The notes beneath the pieces were generated by a model. The model searched no databases, had not been told where the DNA came from, and worked only from the letters and a program-made list of their open reading frames with translations. 64,000 nt of DNA from Dictyostelium fasciculatum (taxonomy: Eukaryota). Both the position numbers and the translations under genes were made by a program. Below, one piece after another: positions 24,266 to 35,208 of the stretch. The stretch lies in contig NW_004457624.1 of the NCBI RefSeq assembly GCF_000203815.1, forward strand, positions 2,994,354 to 3,058,353. The letters run 5' to 3'. The first letter of the stretch is position 1, and every line of letters starts with the position of its first letter.

Positions 24266-24801
24266 GGGACAATGATGGTGAAAAACAACCTGACAAAATG
24301 AATATAGAAAATAATAATAATAATAATAATACAACTAATAATAATAATGAAACCAAAATGGAAATTGATTCTACTAAAACAATAGATACACCAAATAATA
24401 ATAATAATATAAATAATAATAATGCTACTACTAATACTTCTACTACTACTACTACAACAACAAATGTAATTGAACCAAATAATAATAATAACAATAATAC
24501 GCAACAACAATTATTGGCAACCAAACCAAATCCAAACTATTTTATATCAAAGAATCCATTGTTGTCGTTTAGTATACCAGTTTATAAAATACCAACTGAT
24601 CTATTCAATAATAATATTTGTGATGAAATAGATGATGACAATACTAGTGGTGGGGAATACTCCTCTACCACTACAACAAAGAAGAAAAGTAATCCAATTT
24701 TATCAACTCAAGATGTTTACAGCACCATAGAAATGAACCCATACATATTAGGAGAAGATACACTAAACTTTGAAAGAATTAATCTTAATAGGTATAAATA
24801 A
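22935..24801 (+). CDS. transcriptional adapter 1 (TADA1/Ada1, SAGA complex subunit) homolog, 3 exons: join(22935..23175,23249..23650,23741..24801), about 567 aa
   Basis: The N-terminus (LKKQLNNVLKDKADMYWDTLKQFFTGRMTKRELDHFVLLYLTESH|LKLHNAFIRALLQNS) aligns with the TADA1 N-terminal domain, and RQSVIYMMLALERHIKDILYNS aligns with the SAGA-Tad1 histone-fold region. Intron 1 has a GTATGT donor at 23176. Intron 2 (23651..23740, GTAAAC...ttttatAG) is pure AT and is read through in frame by the track (spurious FYTFTYFFTYFYF). The C-terminal half has poly-N/T tracts. Confidence 0.75.
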
Positions 24802-25627
24802 ATAATAATAAATAATAATAATTTCTGGTTCTTTTTTTTTTCTAAAAATATCTTTGTGGTCATTGTCCCTTTTTTTTAGTTTTTTGAATTTTCTACAGGA
24901 CCACCCAAAAAGCTTAAATAGAAGCATTGAGGCTATTTTCAAGTATATTTTTTAGAGCAGGAGAGAGATGATCATAAAGGTCTCTTTTCAGTGAGTGGCA
25001 ACGCTCATTTCTACTTGTTGGCTACACTACCTTGTAGATATCCAAAAGCAGATGCTCTCAATTTTTGTTTGTTGAGGGTATGATCAGTGTGCTTTAGCGC
25101 AACATCCCTTCTCCACCCACACTATACTTAATTTAAAAGACAAAAAACAAAGAATAATTGTTATTGAGACTATACTCTAGAGTATTTAATATATTACTAG
25201 TTTTGTTTAAATATTATTTGTTTGTTTGTAATTTTAATTTATAAAAATTAAAAAGGAGTGATCGATTTATTTATTTCTTCTTTTAAAATAGAAATATTTG
25301 TTTGTTGTGATTAATTATATGTGTGAGTGAGTGAGTGTGAGTAAGGCGAGATGGTTGGTTGGTTATGGATTATACAGTATTGTTATTTGGATTATTATCA
25401 TGTTATGGTTATTGTTGATTGACTATTTATACATGCTGGAATTGCTGTGGTTGGATTTTGGGAATGAGGGAGGGGGGTGATTATTATATGTATTATTTTA
25501 TAATATCTGTGAATTTTGGCTTGTTGTTATTAATTATTAATTAGTATTATTATTATTATTATTATCTATGTCTATCTATGTCTATCTTCTATTGGTATAT
25601 ATTGTTATTTGTTATTTGATTATTTGA

Positions 25628-26849
25628 TTATTTCTTATGTTGATGACTTAATTCAATTTTAGTTGGATGACTATTAATTTCATGTCTTAATAAACGAGGA
25701 TGTTGACCACCAAAACAATCAAATTCACTGAGTTGTCCTGGATCGATAGCCGAAGCCTTTTGATTGGCCTCTTCCGATGTAAGGGCATTGGCATTGAAAA
25801 GGATTTGAGCAACCAGTTCCGAGCAGAAAAAGGCACGCTTTCCTTCGAAAATGAGGTTGTTGAAACCCATGGCAATAAAACTGGAATTGAGTACATCAAA
25901 ACTGACACGTCTTCCATGGTACTCCCAAACACTCATCATGAATGCTTCCTTTTGGTCTTCGGTAAATGGAACCTTTTGTTTGAGACTCCAGATACTTGGA
26001 CCTTCATAGTCGAGCAATCGTTTCTTGAGTGGATAGATATTGACACCGGCCAAGACATCGTATTCACGGAATGGATCCTTTCCATCGTATCCTAGTACCG
26101 ACTCGATCACAAACAACTCCTTTTCAGTGGGTGCAGGCTCACCCTTTTGTCGTTGGGGAAATGTCTTTACAACCAAGCCACAATGTGAATACGGTCTACA
26201 TGTTCTCTTTTTAATCCATTTACTAATAAGTGATTCTCCACCATCATAAAATATAACATCTCCATTATCCAATGAATCAATTGCATCTTGAAAAACAATT
26301 GATTTTGATTTACCTTTACTTGTCTAAAATAAATAAAAAATAAATAAAGACATTTAGGATAGGATAGTTAGAACAAAGGTTATATATATATTATATATAT
26401 ATACTTATATATTGTCTCTCATTTGTATCTACTTACAGATTTAACAATATCTAATTCATCTAAATCATCTTTTGAAAATAATAAACTGACAGTTGTATCA
26501 TCTTTGAATTTTGAATTGGTAGTATCCAACTTGATGGAATGTAATTGATTGGGTTGGTATTGGTCGAGTGGAATGGTGGCAGATCCAATTCTGTCACCAT
26601 CACAAGACTCTATATCAATTCGTATGTTTTTTTCCAACTCGTTGAATGGGAATTGGACATACCCCTTTTCCCAACTTGGTCTCTTTATAAATGGTGCTTG
26701 TAATATTGATTCATCATTATTTCCATATGATATCTTTGCTTTTAATTTTTTATCTAAATAAATAATAGAAAATAGAAATAAATAAATAAGTATTATGATC
26801 ACCTATGATTATCATCTTGGGACAGGTTTGTAAGTGTATACTTACTCAT
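25628..26849 (-). CDS. YiiX/DUF830-type permuted papain-fold (NlpC/P60-like) hydrolase with an N-terminal C2-like domain, 3 exons: complement(join(25628..26323,26437..26753,26846..26849)), about 338 aa
   Basis: The C-terminal exon has LDNGDVIFYDGG ... YSHCGLVV ... FDVLNSSFIAMGFNNLIFEGKRAFFCSELVAQIL, which matches the YiiX family pattern (GDIIF ... YSHxGM ... YD ... CSELVwkvy) with the His-before-Cys order. The middle exon (ISYGNNDESILQAPFIKRPSWEKGYVQFPFNELEKNIRIDIESCDGDRIGSATIPLDQYQPNQLHSIKLD) resembles a C2 beta-sandwich (D-x-IG...IPL). The proposed first exon is only ATG+A, followed by GTAAGT (26845), phase 1. The other donor is GTAAGT at 26436. Confidence 0.55.
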
Positions 26850-29800
26850 ATATGACTTGACATCTTTATTAGAGTAATGTGGAGCATTGTCACAATCAAA
26901 TACTATAGTATAGAAGTACAAAAAGAAGAAGGTGATGGGTTAGGGTTAGCCTTTACAAGATGTTCATTCGTCATATCTCATCGCAATCACAATCCAAACG
27001 TCGACTTTTTCATTGTTGTCCAAAAACCATCCAAAACCAAGATTCGATTATTTGAATTTAAACGAACGGCTCGGTGGTTTTTGAAAAAAAAAAGAAAACC
27101 TTGTGACGTGGAATGGATATATATATAAATAATCAAGTAGTACTACTATGGATACTTACAAAATACAGATAATAGGTCTTTACCTCCAACACTTATATTT
27201 TCATTCTTGGTGACAGAGTTATTATGATGATAATTTCTAATCACTTGTTTGGCAATGATCGAATTGGATATTGTCTTTGAATTGATCCCTCCCATTTATC
27301 TCTTTTTTGTTGTAACTATAGTTGTTATTGTTGTTGTTGTTGTCTTGTTTCTCTGTTTTTGTTGACCTTTTTAAAGTAATTGAATTGAAATTTGAAAAGT
27401 TGATTGACTATTATTATTACTAGCCACTACTCTATTATTATTAATTGGTACTGAACCTTGAATACACTAAAACCGGCTGATGTGTGTGTGTGTGTTTGTT
27501 TGTGGTGAATTCAGTATCAGAGTGTGTGTGTGTGTCTAAGACGAGATGATGAATAATAATTATATATCTTATGTTTAAGATGTATATATATGTATATATA
27601 ATATTATTTGTGTGTATGTTTGTATATGTATTAAATAATAAATAAATAAAGTTTTATAAATATAAATTAATTGTTGTAATAAAAGATAGGATAGGATAGG
27701 AGAGAGAAGAAAAAAAGTGTAGTATGATCTGTTTTTTGTTTGTTTAGCTATGAGATCATGGATGGTTTTGTGGGCGGTGATATCAAAAGGGTGGTTAGGA
27801 AAGAAATGTTCTTGTCCCTTTCTAAAAATCTAGACTCTTTGAATATCGGCATCATCGAGAAAGAAAGAGACATTTGCCCTCCCTCTCTGCACACACAAAC
27901 GCAATCATAATGAATGACAAGGACAGAGAGAGAGGAAAAGTTTTTGTAAAAACCAAGATACTCTTGGATGGTTGGATGATGTCAAGTTTGAAGAAACTAA
28001 AAAACAAAGTTAAAAAAGGGGCATCGTGTCTGTCTTGTCGCCCCCCTTTCTACTATCTTTTTGTCAATCGAAAAATACAAAATCAGATGATTTTTACAAG
28101 TCCGTGCAAATATCGGAGAATGTTCGAGAAAAGCTTCAAAAATAAGGTAGTACAGACATTGAGCTTAAGAGTAACCTCTATGGCCTCAGATAGGGGGTTG
28201 TCAGAGTAAAAAGGAAAAATGGAAAAGACTTTTATCGAGCCCGTGATCCTCAATCACAACCATACAGAGATTTCATTGTCTTGTGTGAATTATATTTTTA
28301 TTATTAAAAAGTGGAAATATCGCAGCATTCATTTTTTGCAAACAAGAAGCAGCAGCTGTAAAACCGAGTAGAAGGGAAGTGGAGTCGGAGCTCAAACTTA
28401 TCATCTTCTTTTTACTTTTTATTTAAATTTGCAGATACAGAATAGTTAAATGCCAAATACAAATAATAATGGGTCAATCAATGAATGGTAGTTGAAAAAG
28501 AAGAAATGAAATGAAATGAAAATTCGATCAATCAATCAATCACATGGTGACCTATCATCACACACTTCAATCGATGAACTGCTACAGTAGAAAATGATGA
28601 TGATGATGATGGTACTCTGCTGCTGTTGACTGCAGACTTTTGTACTACTACTTTGGAGATCGTGACAGATAGATGGATGGATCCAATTGACACAACAAAC
28701 ACGTGTTGCTATGATGTGAAGATGAACATACATTTTGAAAATAAGTAAAGTATTGAACTTATGTTGACCTACACTCTCTATAGTGTGTGTGTCAAGAAAA
28801 ATAATTGAATGTTTAGCATACACACAAACCCTCACACCACCCACCACAATTGTTACAATGGAGGATTTAACTTGAATTTCTCCCACCACACCCACACAAC
28901 GGTTGTATATAGAGTGAGCGGACAACATCTGTTGGTGGATTTTGCAACTGGATGAATGGCTGACACGACCCTTTTCAAACATATGGTGAATATTTATTTA
29001 TTATTATTATTATTATCAAGACCACCAACACCACCACCCCCCACTCCTCACCATTTTGGTGAATAATATTAAAAATTCATCCATCCATCCTTCCATCCAT
29101 CAACCAATCTATTATCAAACTAGAGAAACAAACAATAGGAAACCAAAACAACAATAATAACATAGCAACAACAAATTATTTATTTACTTATATTCAAGAA
29201 GAACAAGAAGAAGAAGAAGAAGAAGAAGAGATAACAACAATTGTCTTTGTCATAGTATAGTTCCAACCAACTCCAACAACAACAACAACACCAAACCAGT
29301 AACATTAAATTAATAACATACCAAGTACCGCCGAAACCAAAAAAGTATTATCAACAATCATATGGAACACTCTCTCTTTTCCATTTGTTTTCTTCTTCTA
29401 TTTCCCAATCAATCACACACATTCCTTATCTTTTAGATAGATAAACTCTATCTTTTTTATATTCCAACACCCTTATCACGTATACGTATACTTTTGTGTG
29501 TTAGAGAGAGTGGTTGTAAATTATATTATTATTATTCCATTAACCTCCACCAAAACAAAACCATTACCATCATTATCATCACTTGCAATAATCTGCTCTG
29601 CCTTGCACAAACAATCAAACAATCATACAATCAAATCAAATCAGCAGAAACAAACACAGCTGGTAGTGGTCAACAGTCAACTTTGTTCACCCTCATGTCA
29701 ATCGAACAACCACACCCACCATCATTTAGGTTAGTTATATACATATAATTCGTCATCACACTCTCTCTCCACTCTCTCTTTTTTTTTTAAATTGGTGATG

Positions 29801-30467
29801 ATTTAAATATTATTATTATTATTATTATTATTATTTAAAATAATCAATCTTTTATGTTTTGTTGAACAGAACAATAATTTAATTTAATATTATATTATTA
29901 TTCCATCCAGTCATCATTTATATATATTCTTTTTTCAATTAATCTAAAAGTCTATCTATAAACCAAAAGGTAATCATTTATTTGTTTGTTTTTATATATA
30001 TGGTATAAAATTATTTCCATTTGTTTCAGACAAGATTAATCCCCTATCGAGCTATCGTCTCTCACTCTCTCTCTCTCTCTAATTTAATAATTTATAGTTG
30101 GGTAACTTCCTTCTTATTCTTCTCTTATTATTATTGTTTGTTGTGATCAATCAATCACACCTTGTATAACTTTATCCAATACCATTCATACCTCAAACAA
30201 ACTAATCGCCAATTCATACCCTCTACACACCTATAAAATAACAACAAACGTTCAATCAAAAACTAACAAAAACTATTCTTTTTTTTTTTCTTTCTTTCTT
30301 TAAAATATATATTCATTTATATATTATTATTTGTAAATATTCACTCACTCTTTAAAAACAACTTAGGTTCTTAACAAATAATAATTCATTATTATTATTA
30401 TCCAAACAAATATTAAATATTAAATAGTCATCATCAACAAATAATATATCATACACAAAAGTAGAAA

Positions 30468-32630
30468 ATGAGGATAAAAAGGATATTATTCCCCATTTTG
30501 GTGCTTTTAATAATATTATCTATACATATGATTAATGGTCAGACTACTACTGATGCATTAACGACAGCGACCAGTTCAACTGGTACTACTGGTACTACTA
30601 CAACCAAACCAACTACATCATCATCATCATCAACAACGACATCTGGTACTACAACAACCAAACCAACTACTTCATCATCGACATCATCGACCACCAAGAG
30701 TTCGACCACCAAGAGCCCAACCACTGCAGTACCAACCGATTCATCAGATGATACCCCAGCCACCACTACGGGAGCCAGCACCTCTGGAACTACCAAACCA
30801 TCAGACTCGTCAGTTGACAGTACCGAACCTGAAAAGGTAGACTGTCTTCCCGAGGTCGTTGGTCTGTCAGGTGCCATCCCAATGAAAGAATCCACCGATT
30901 ACAAGCCATTCCCAGGTTGTGAGGTTTCTATTGATAACCTTGACGATGCAGCTGATGGTGGCAAAGAACTACGAATTGATCCATGTGAAACATGCACCAA
31001 GAAATACTTTTGTTCAGCCCTCACTGTTGGCTCTGAAGTTAGTTTTGGAACACATCAATTTATGGTACGTGGCACCAAGAGCAAGTACACCAGCACCAAG
31101 ATTTCCTTGGTCTCGGGTAGCGGTGTTTCGGCCTATGAAATGTTCTTTATGATCAATAACTCAACCGACTTGAGAATGGGATACGTCTATCCCAACGCCA
31201 ACAGCGAGCAACAGCAGCAGGTGGTGCGCAAGACCATGACAACCGATCTCACCTCGTACATGACCAACTACACGATTGAGTGGGCCGAGAACCAGGTCGA
31301 CTTTTTCGTCAACAACCTGTTGGTGCACCGCGTCGGCTATACTCGCAAGTTTGGTGACTCACCCGTCTTTGCAGCCCAGGTCAGTGCCTTTGTCACCGAA
31401 AATAAATTCACGGTCGCACCGACCGAGGCGATTGTCAGCTTTTACAACTACACACCCAACTGCAACATCACCAAGAACAAGGACCCCATCTACCAGTACG
31501 TCGGCACACCACTCTACTACTTTATGGAGAACTGCTCCAACTACCGTGCCGAGTGGGTCTACAACGACACATTCGACGAGAACTGGACCGACAAGTCGAC
31601 CAGTCTCCGTTACGTCAACTACACCAAAGCATACCACCGTGGTCAGAACGGCTTCTTTTTCAACCTCGACAAGGACACGATCATCTACTTTGAGAGAGAC
31701 GGTGGCTTTGCCAAGAAGCAGTTCAAGTACCTCAGTTTCTGGATGAACGGGCTGACCTTTGCCTCGTCGCAGCAGATGACCGTCTACCTGATCGCCAACC
31801 GTACCAAGGTGGCCAGTGCCAACGTCGGCGAGTATCTCAGAGGTACGCGTCAGCCAAATTCGTGGTACAAGGTCAACATACCGATGAGCAAGTTTATCAT
31901 CAACCCGTCCAACATTACCAGGCTCCATGGTATCGCGTTTGGGTCGACCACTGGCCAGTTTGCGGGTTCTGTAGTACTCGACGACATTCAATTCAACAAT
32001 GGATCGATTTGTATGGACGAGCGAGAGGGTGTGCCCATCTACTCTAACGGATCGCTGGCCGATGGTCTGGCCGTCTATTCACAAGGTTCCAACTTTGAAT
32101 CTACCGTCGTTCAATACACCTCTCATCGTACCGTTCAGTGGTACCTCAACAATCAATATGATATTTCCGTAGGATTCGAAGCTGGTGCATTGGACACTGT
32201 CGAAAACAATGGTCTCATCATCTCTGTCTACTTTGTACCCAATGCCGATACATACACGGATCCCAACGACGTTTCACAGACGCCTATTCAACCAAAGATC
32301 AGGTTTTCGCTTACCAACCAGGGAACTGATATCCAACCTCTGGGTATCGCCGAGTATCTTGGAGGTGAAATTCCTCCCAACAGATGGCTCTCGTTCACCA
32401 TTCCATTTGAAGATTTTGGCCTTTGGGAGAGTGCCACTGTCGATGGTTTCAAGCTAAAGACCGACGGTTGGGACTCTTCAGTCACTCAAGGCACTCTTTA
32501 CATTGGAAAGATCAAGGCTGCCAAATTTGTTCCTCCACCATCTGAAGAATCTTCAGCCTTTATTCTTAAATCTTCTTCATTGTTTACCTATGTTACCATT
32601 ACCTTGATTTCCTTTATTCTTTATTTTTGA
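30468..32630 (+). CDS. secreted mucin-like glycoprotein with a GH16/ConA-like beta-sandwich domain and a hydrophobic (GPI-signal-like) C-terminus, 720 aa, single exon
   Basis: Signal peptide MRIKRILFPILVLLIILSIHMINGQ. Thr/Ser-rich repeats (TTTKPTTSSS, repeated). NYTIEWAENQVDFFVNNLLVHRV fits the conserved GH16 strand (IEW-x3-I-x-F/W-x-V/D...), but no ExDxxE catalytic motif is seen upstream. Many N-x-S/T sites. Hydrophobic tail LFTYVTITLISFILYF. Confidence 0.7.
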   Translation: MRIKRILFPILVLLIILSIHMINGQTTTDALTTATSSTGTTGTTTTKPTTSSSSSTTTSGTTTTKPTTSSSTSSTTKSSTTKSPTTAVPTDSSDDTPATTTGASTSGTTKPSDSSVDSTEPEKVDCLPEVVGLSGAIPMKESTDYKPFPGCEVSIDNLDDAADGGKELRIDPCETCTKKYFCSALTVGSEVSFGTHQFMVRGTKSKYTSTKISLVSGSGVSAYEMFFMINNSTDLRMGYVYPNANSEQQQQVVRKTMTTDLTSYMTNYTIEWAENQVDFFVNNLLVHRVGYTRKFGDSPVFAAQVSAFVTENKFTVAPTEAIVSFYNYTPNCNITKNKDPIYQYVGTPLYYFMENCSNYRAEWVYNDTFDENWTDKSTSLRYVNYTKAYHRGQNGFFFNLDKDTIIYFERDGGFAKKQFKYLSFWMNGLTFASSQQMTVYLIANRTKVASANVGEYLRGTRQPNSWYKVNIPMSKFIINPSNITRLHGIAFGSTTGQFAGSVVLDDIQFNNGSICMDEREGVPIYSNGSLADGLAVYSQGSNFESTVVQYTSHRTVQWYLNNQYDISVGFEAGALDTVENNGLIISVYFVPNADTYTDPNDVSQTPIQPKIRFSLTNQGTDIQPLGIAEYLGGEIPPNRWLSFTIPFEDFGLWESATVDGFKLKTDGWDSSVTQGTLYIGKIKAAKFVPPPSEESSAFILKSSSLFTYVTITLISFILYF

Positions 32631-32894
32631 AATCACCCCAAAAACAATATATAAAACTCAATTATTAATAATATAACAACAATAATTTAATATACAATTA
32701 AATATAATAATTAATTTAATTAAATTTGTGTAAAACCCTTTTTTTTAGAAATACATATAAAATAAATAATATATTTTAAAAACAAATAATTCTTTTTTCT
32801 TTTATTATAATTAATAAATCGTAATTACTATTGTCCAGGTGGAATATTATATATATATCTTTATAAATATATAGATAGAGTTGTCTATTTTTGT

Positions 32895-34834
32895 TTAAAT
32901 TGTAGACATGAATGCAAATTTGCCTGGAATAAGGTTAGTTTTACCTTCAATGATCGAACCACTATTATGTGATACGAGTGGGAATGAAGTGCATTGCCAT
33001 TGATTGGCAGAGTTGACATAGGCTAGACAAGCATTTGACAAGTTGAGTGATGGATTTGGATTCTTGAAATAAATTGAACTAGTAGTTGAAACTGTTAGAA
33101 TATTCACTAGAAAAAAAAGAAATAAATAATTAGTATCAAACTTAATATTATTAATATATATTATTTTTGGCTTACTTTGAGAATCTCTAAGAGTAAGTTT
33201 AAATGGTGGAGATAAGAGGTTTGAATAATAATCAAAGGTTGAAGAAATTAATGAACTGGAAACCTTGGTAGCATAGGAATCGGCGTATGGGGCAATCTTG
33301 AGATGATCACTGGTGGCTGGAAGATTGGAGCCAAGATCCAAGAAAATGTTAGAGCCGATGGTGAATGGTGTGGCGGGTGAGACGTATCTTTGCAAGATGG
33401 ATGCAGTGGCACGAGTTTGTTGATAGACAAGGGTGGCTGTGACCATGACACGGTTGGAAGATGGGACTTTAGTGGTACCATAGTTGCTGCATTGTGAGGG
33501 ACTAGAGACACATGCATAGTTGTCTGGACACTGGTATTGGAATGCATCACATCCTTGGTATGGTTGGACGGGTGCGCCGGCGGCAAGACATCCAAATGGA
33601 GTTGGGTTGGTGCCGGCTGGACATGGGTCGCAGGTTGCGGTGGCTGCCTTGCATCCGTCGGTGCATCTTAATGGGAGGCTTGGAGGACACGATGGCAATG
33701 GTGGACATGTTTCGTACGAGACGGTGCATTGACCGGTCCAACAAAAGAGTGATCCGCCTACTGGCTCGGTACGCATGCAATACATGTCGAGAAGACAGTC
33801 GCCGGCGTTAATACTGGCTTGAGAAAGACAAGAGAACGATGCACCGCAACGAGACTCGCCAGCTGGACAGTCGGCAGCCAAGATATTGTCGGCTTCATAG
33901 GGATTGTCGGTAGTGTAGATGTAAAAGGAGACAGAGCCTGCAGCGCACTTGGTGAAGCCTTGAGCTTTTTTAAAGGTGACTGCCGAGCCCGAGGTGTAGA
34001 TGATGTTGGGGTTGATGAGACCGGGTGTGCGGAAACGGGTGGTCGAGGTGGCGCCGTTGCAGTTGATGTTTCCGTCGGCCGAGTGGATCAAGTTGAAATG
34101 GACAGAAGTGTAGTTGTTGACACTACCGACGACGAGTGGGGGGTATGCGAGTGTAAAGTTGGCGGTGGCCGGGTCGTTAAAGTTGACAAAGCTGTTGGCA
34201 CCCAATACAATCGATCCAAAAGTCTCCCTTTGGACGGTAGAGTAGGTGGCAAGGACATTCGTGTAGGCGTTAAAGTTGAGAGTGGTCGATACAACGTTGG
34301 CAATATAGTTACCGAGGTTCCAGGTAGACGATAGGAAATTGACCGATCCACCATTCATGTTGACGGCAACCATCGACACACTACAATAGGAAAAGTTGAG
34401 TGAACCGGCGCCAGAGATGGGTGCTTGGAATTGGTAGTTGCAAAACTGTCCTCCCATGAGCTTGGATCCGTCAACAACCAATGGCACGTTGGACAAGAAG
34501 TTCTTGGCATTGAAAATGGTTGAAGTACCCAAATTGACGGTTGGTGGTGATGTCTGACTTGTAGACACTTGGAAACCGGCAGCAATGGCAGCAGTGGCAC
34601 CTGGAACAACTACAAGTTTACCTCCAGTGAATAAATTGGTACTGGATGCAGTCAAAGCAGAGGTATAAGCAAAATAACCAGTTGCAATCTTGGCAACCAA
34701 TAAACTAGTACTATCAAGTTCTAAAATAGTATCACTAAATGTTGATGTTGATGTAAATGATAAATCAACACTAAAAAAGAGAGAGAGAAAAAAAAAGATA
34801 AAGAGAAAAGAGAGAAGGTTAATGTTTGTTTTTC

Positions 34835-34866
<32 letters not shown>

Positions 34867-35208
34867 CCCTTCATACTTTGATAATTTTAAAGTTGAAATT
34901 GTACTACTAGCTGAAGATGATTGAATAGAGACTGGAGTAAGGATGGCCAAGGTTTGGAGGGATTGGATATGGCAATTGAGAGAGAATTGGAATTGGACGT
35001 TGAGACCGACGGTGATGGAGAGAGTGTCGAGGATGAGTGTAGCATTGGTCATACTCAAGACTTCATTGTCTGCCAAGGTAAAGGGTGTGGAGACGGTTAA
35101 CACTGTATCTACAATGTTGAGTGAGAGGGCAACTGGCATAAAGCAGAGACCCAAGATTACAGCCGTGGCAAGTATCATTCGAATTAGAGGAGAGGAGGAG
35201 GAATTCAT
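32895..35208 (-). CDS. secreted cysteine-rich glycoprotein, 3 exons: complement(join(32895..33106,33176..34770,34877..35208)), about 712 aa
   Basis: Exon 1 is MNSSSSPLIRMILATAVILGLCFMPVALSLNIV... (signal peptide), with a GTATGA donor at 34876. The intron (34771..34876) contains an A30 run, seen as poly(T) at 34840-34866 on the plus strand. The ttttttAG acceptor is at 34772/34771. Exon 2 has NxT-rich beta-helix-like repeats (NFxxxTxNF), then a Cys-rich region (CPPLPSCPPSLPLRCTDGCKAATATCDPCPAGT...). A GTAAGC donor at 33175 leads to a short last exon; an alternative acceptor at 33093/33092 is also in frame. Confidence 0.65.
34840..34866. repeat. poly(T) about 27 nt (A-run on the minus strand), inside intron 1 of the Cys-rich glycoprotein gene
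   Basis: Directly visible. It is translated as a spurious KKKKKKKKK in the 659-aa track ORF. Confidence 0.9.

Noticed and set aside
24130-24524. Minus-strand ORFs encoding IIIIII / LLLLLL runs
   Set aside because: Antisense of the poly-Asn/poly-Thr coding tracts (aat/aac repeats) in the TADA1 homolog.
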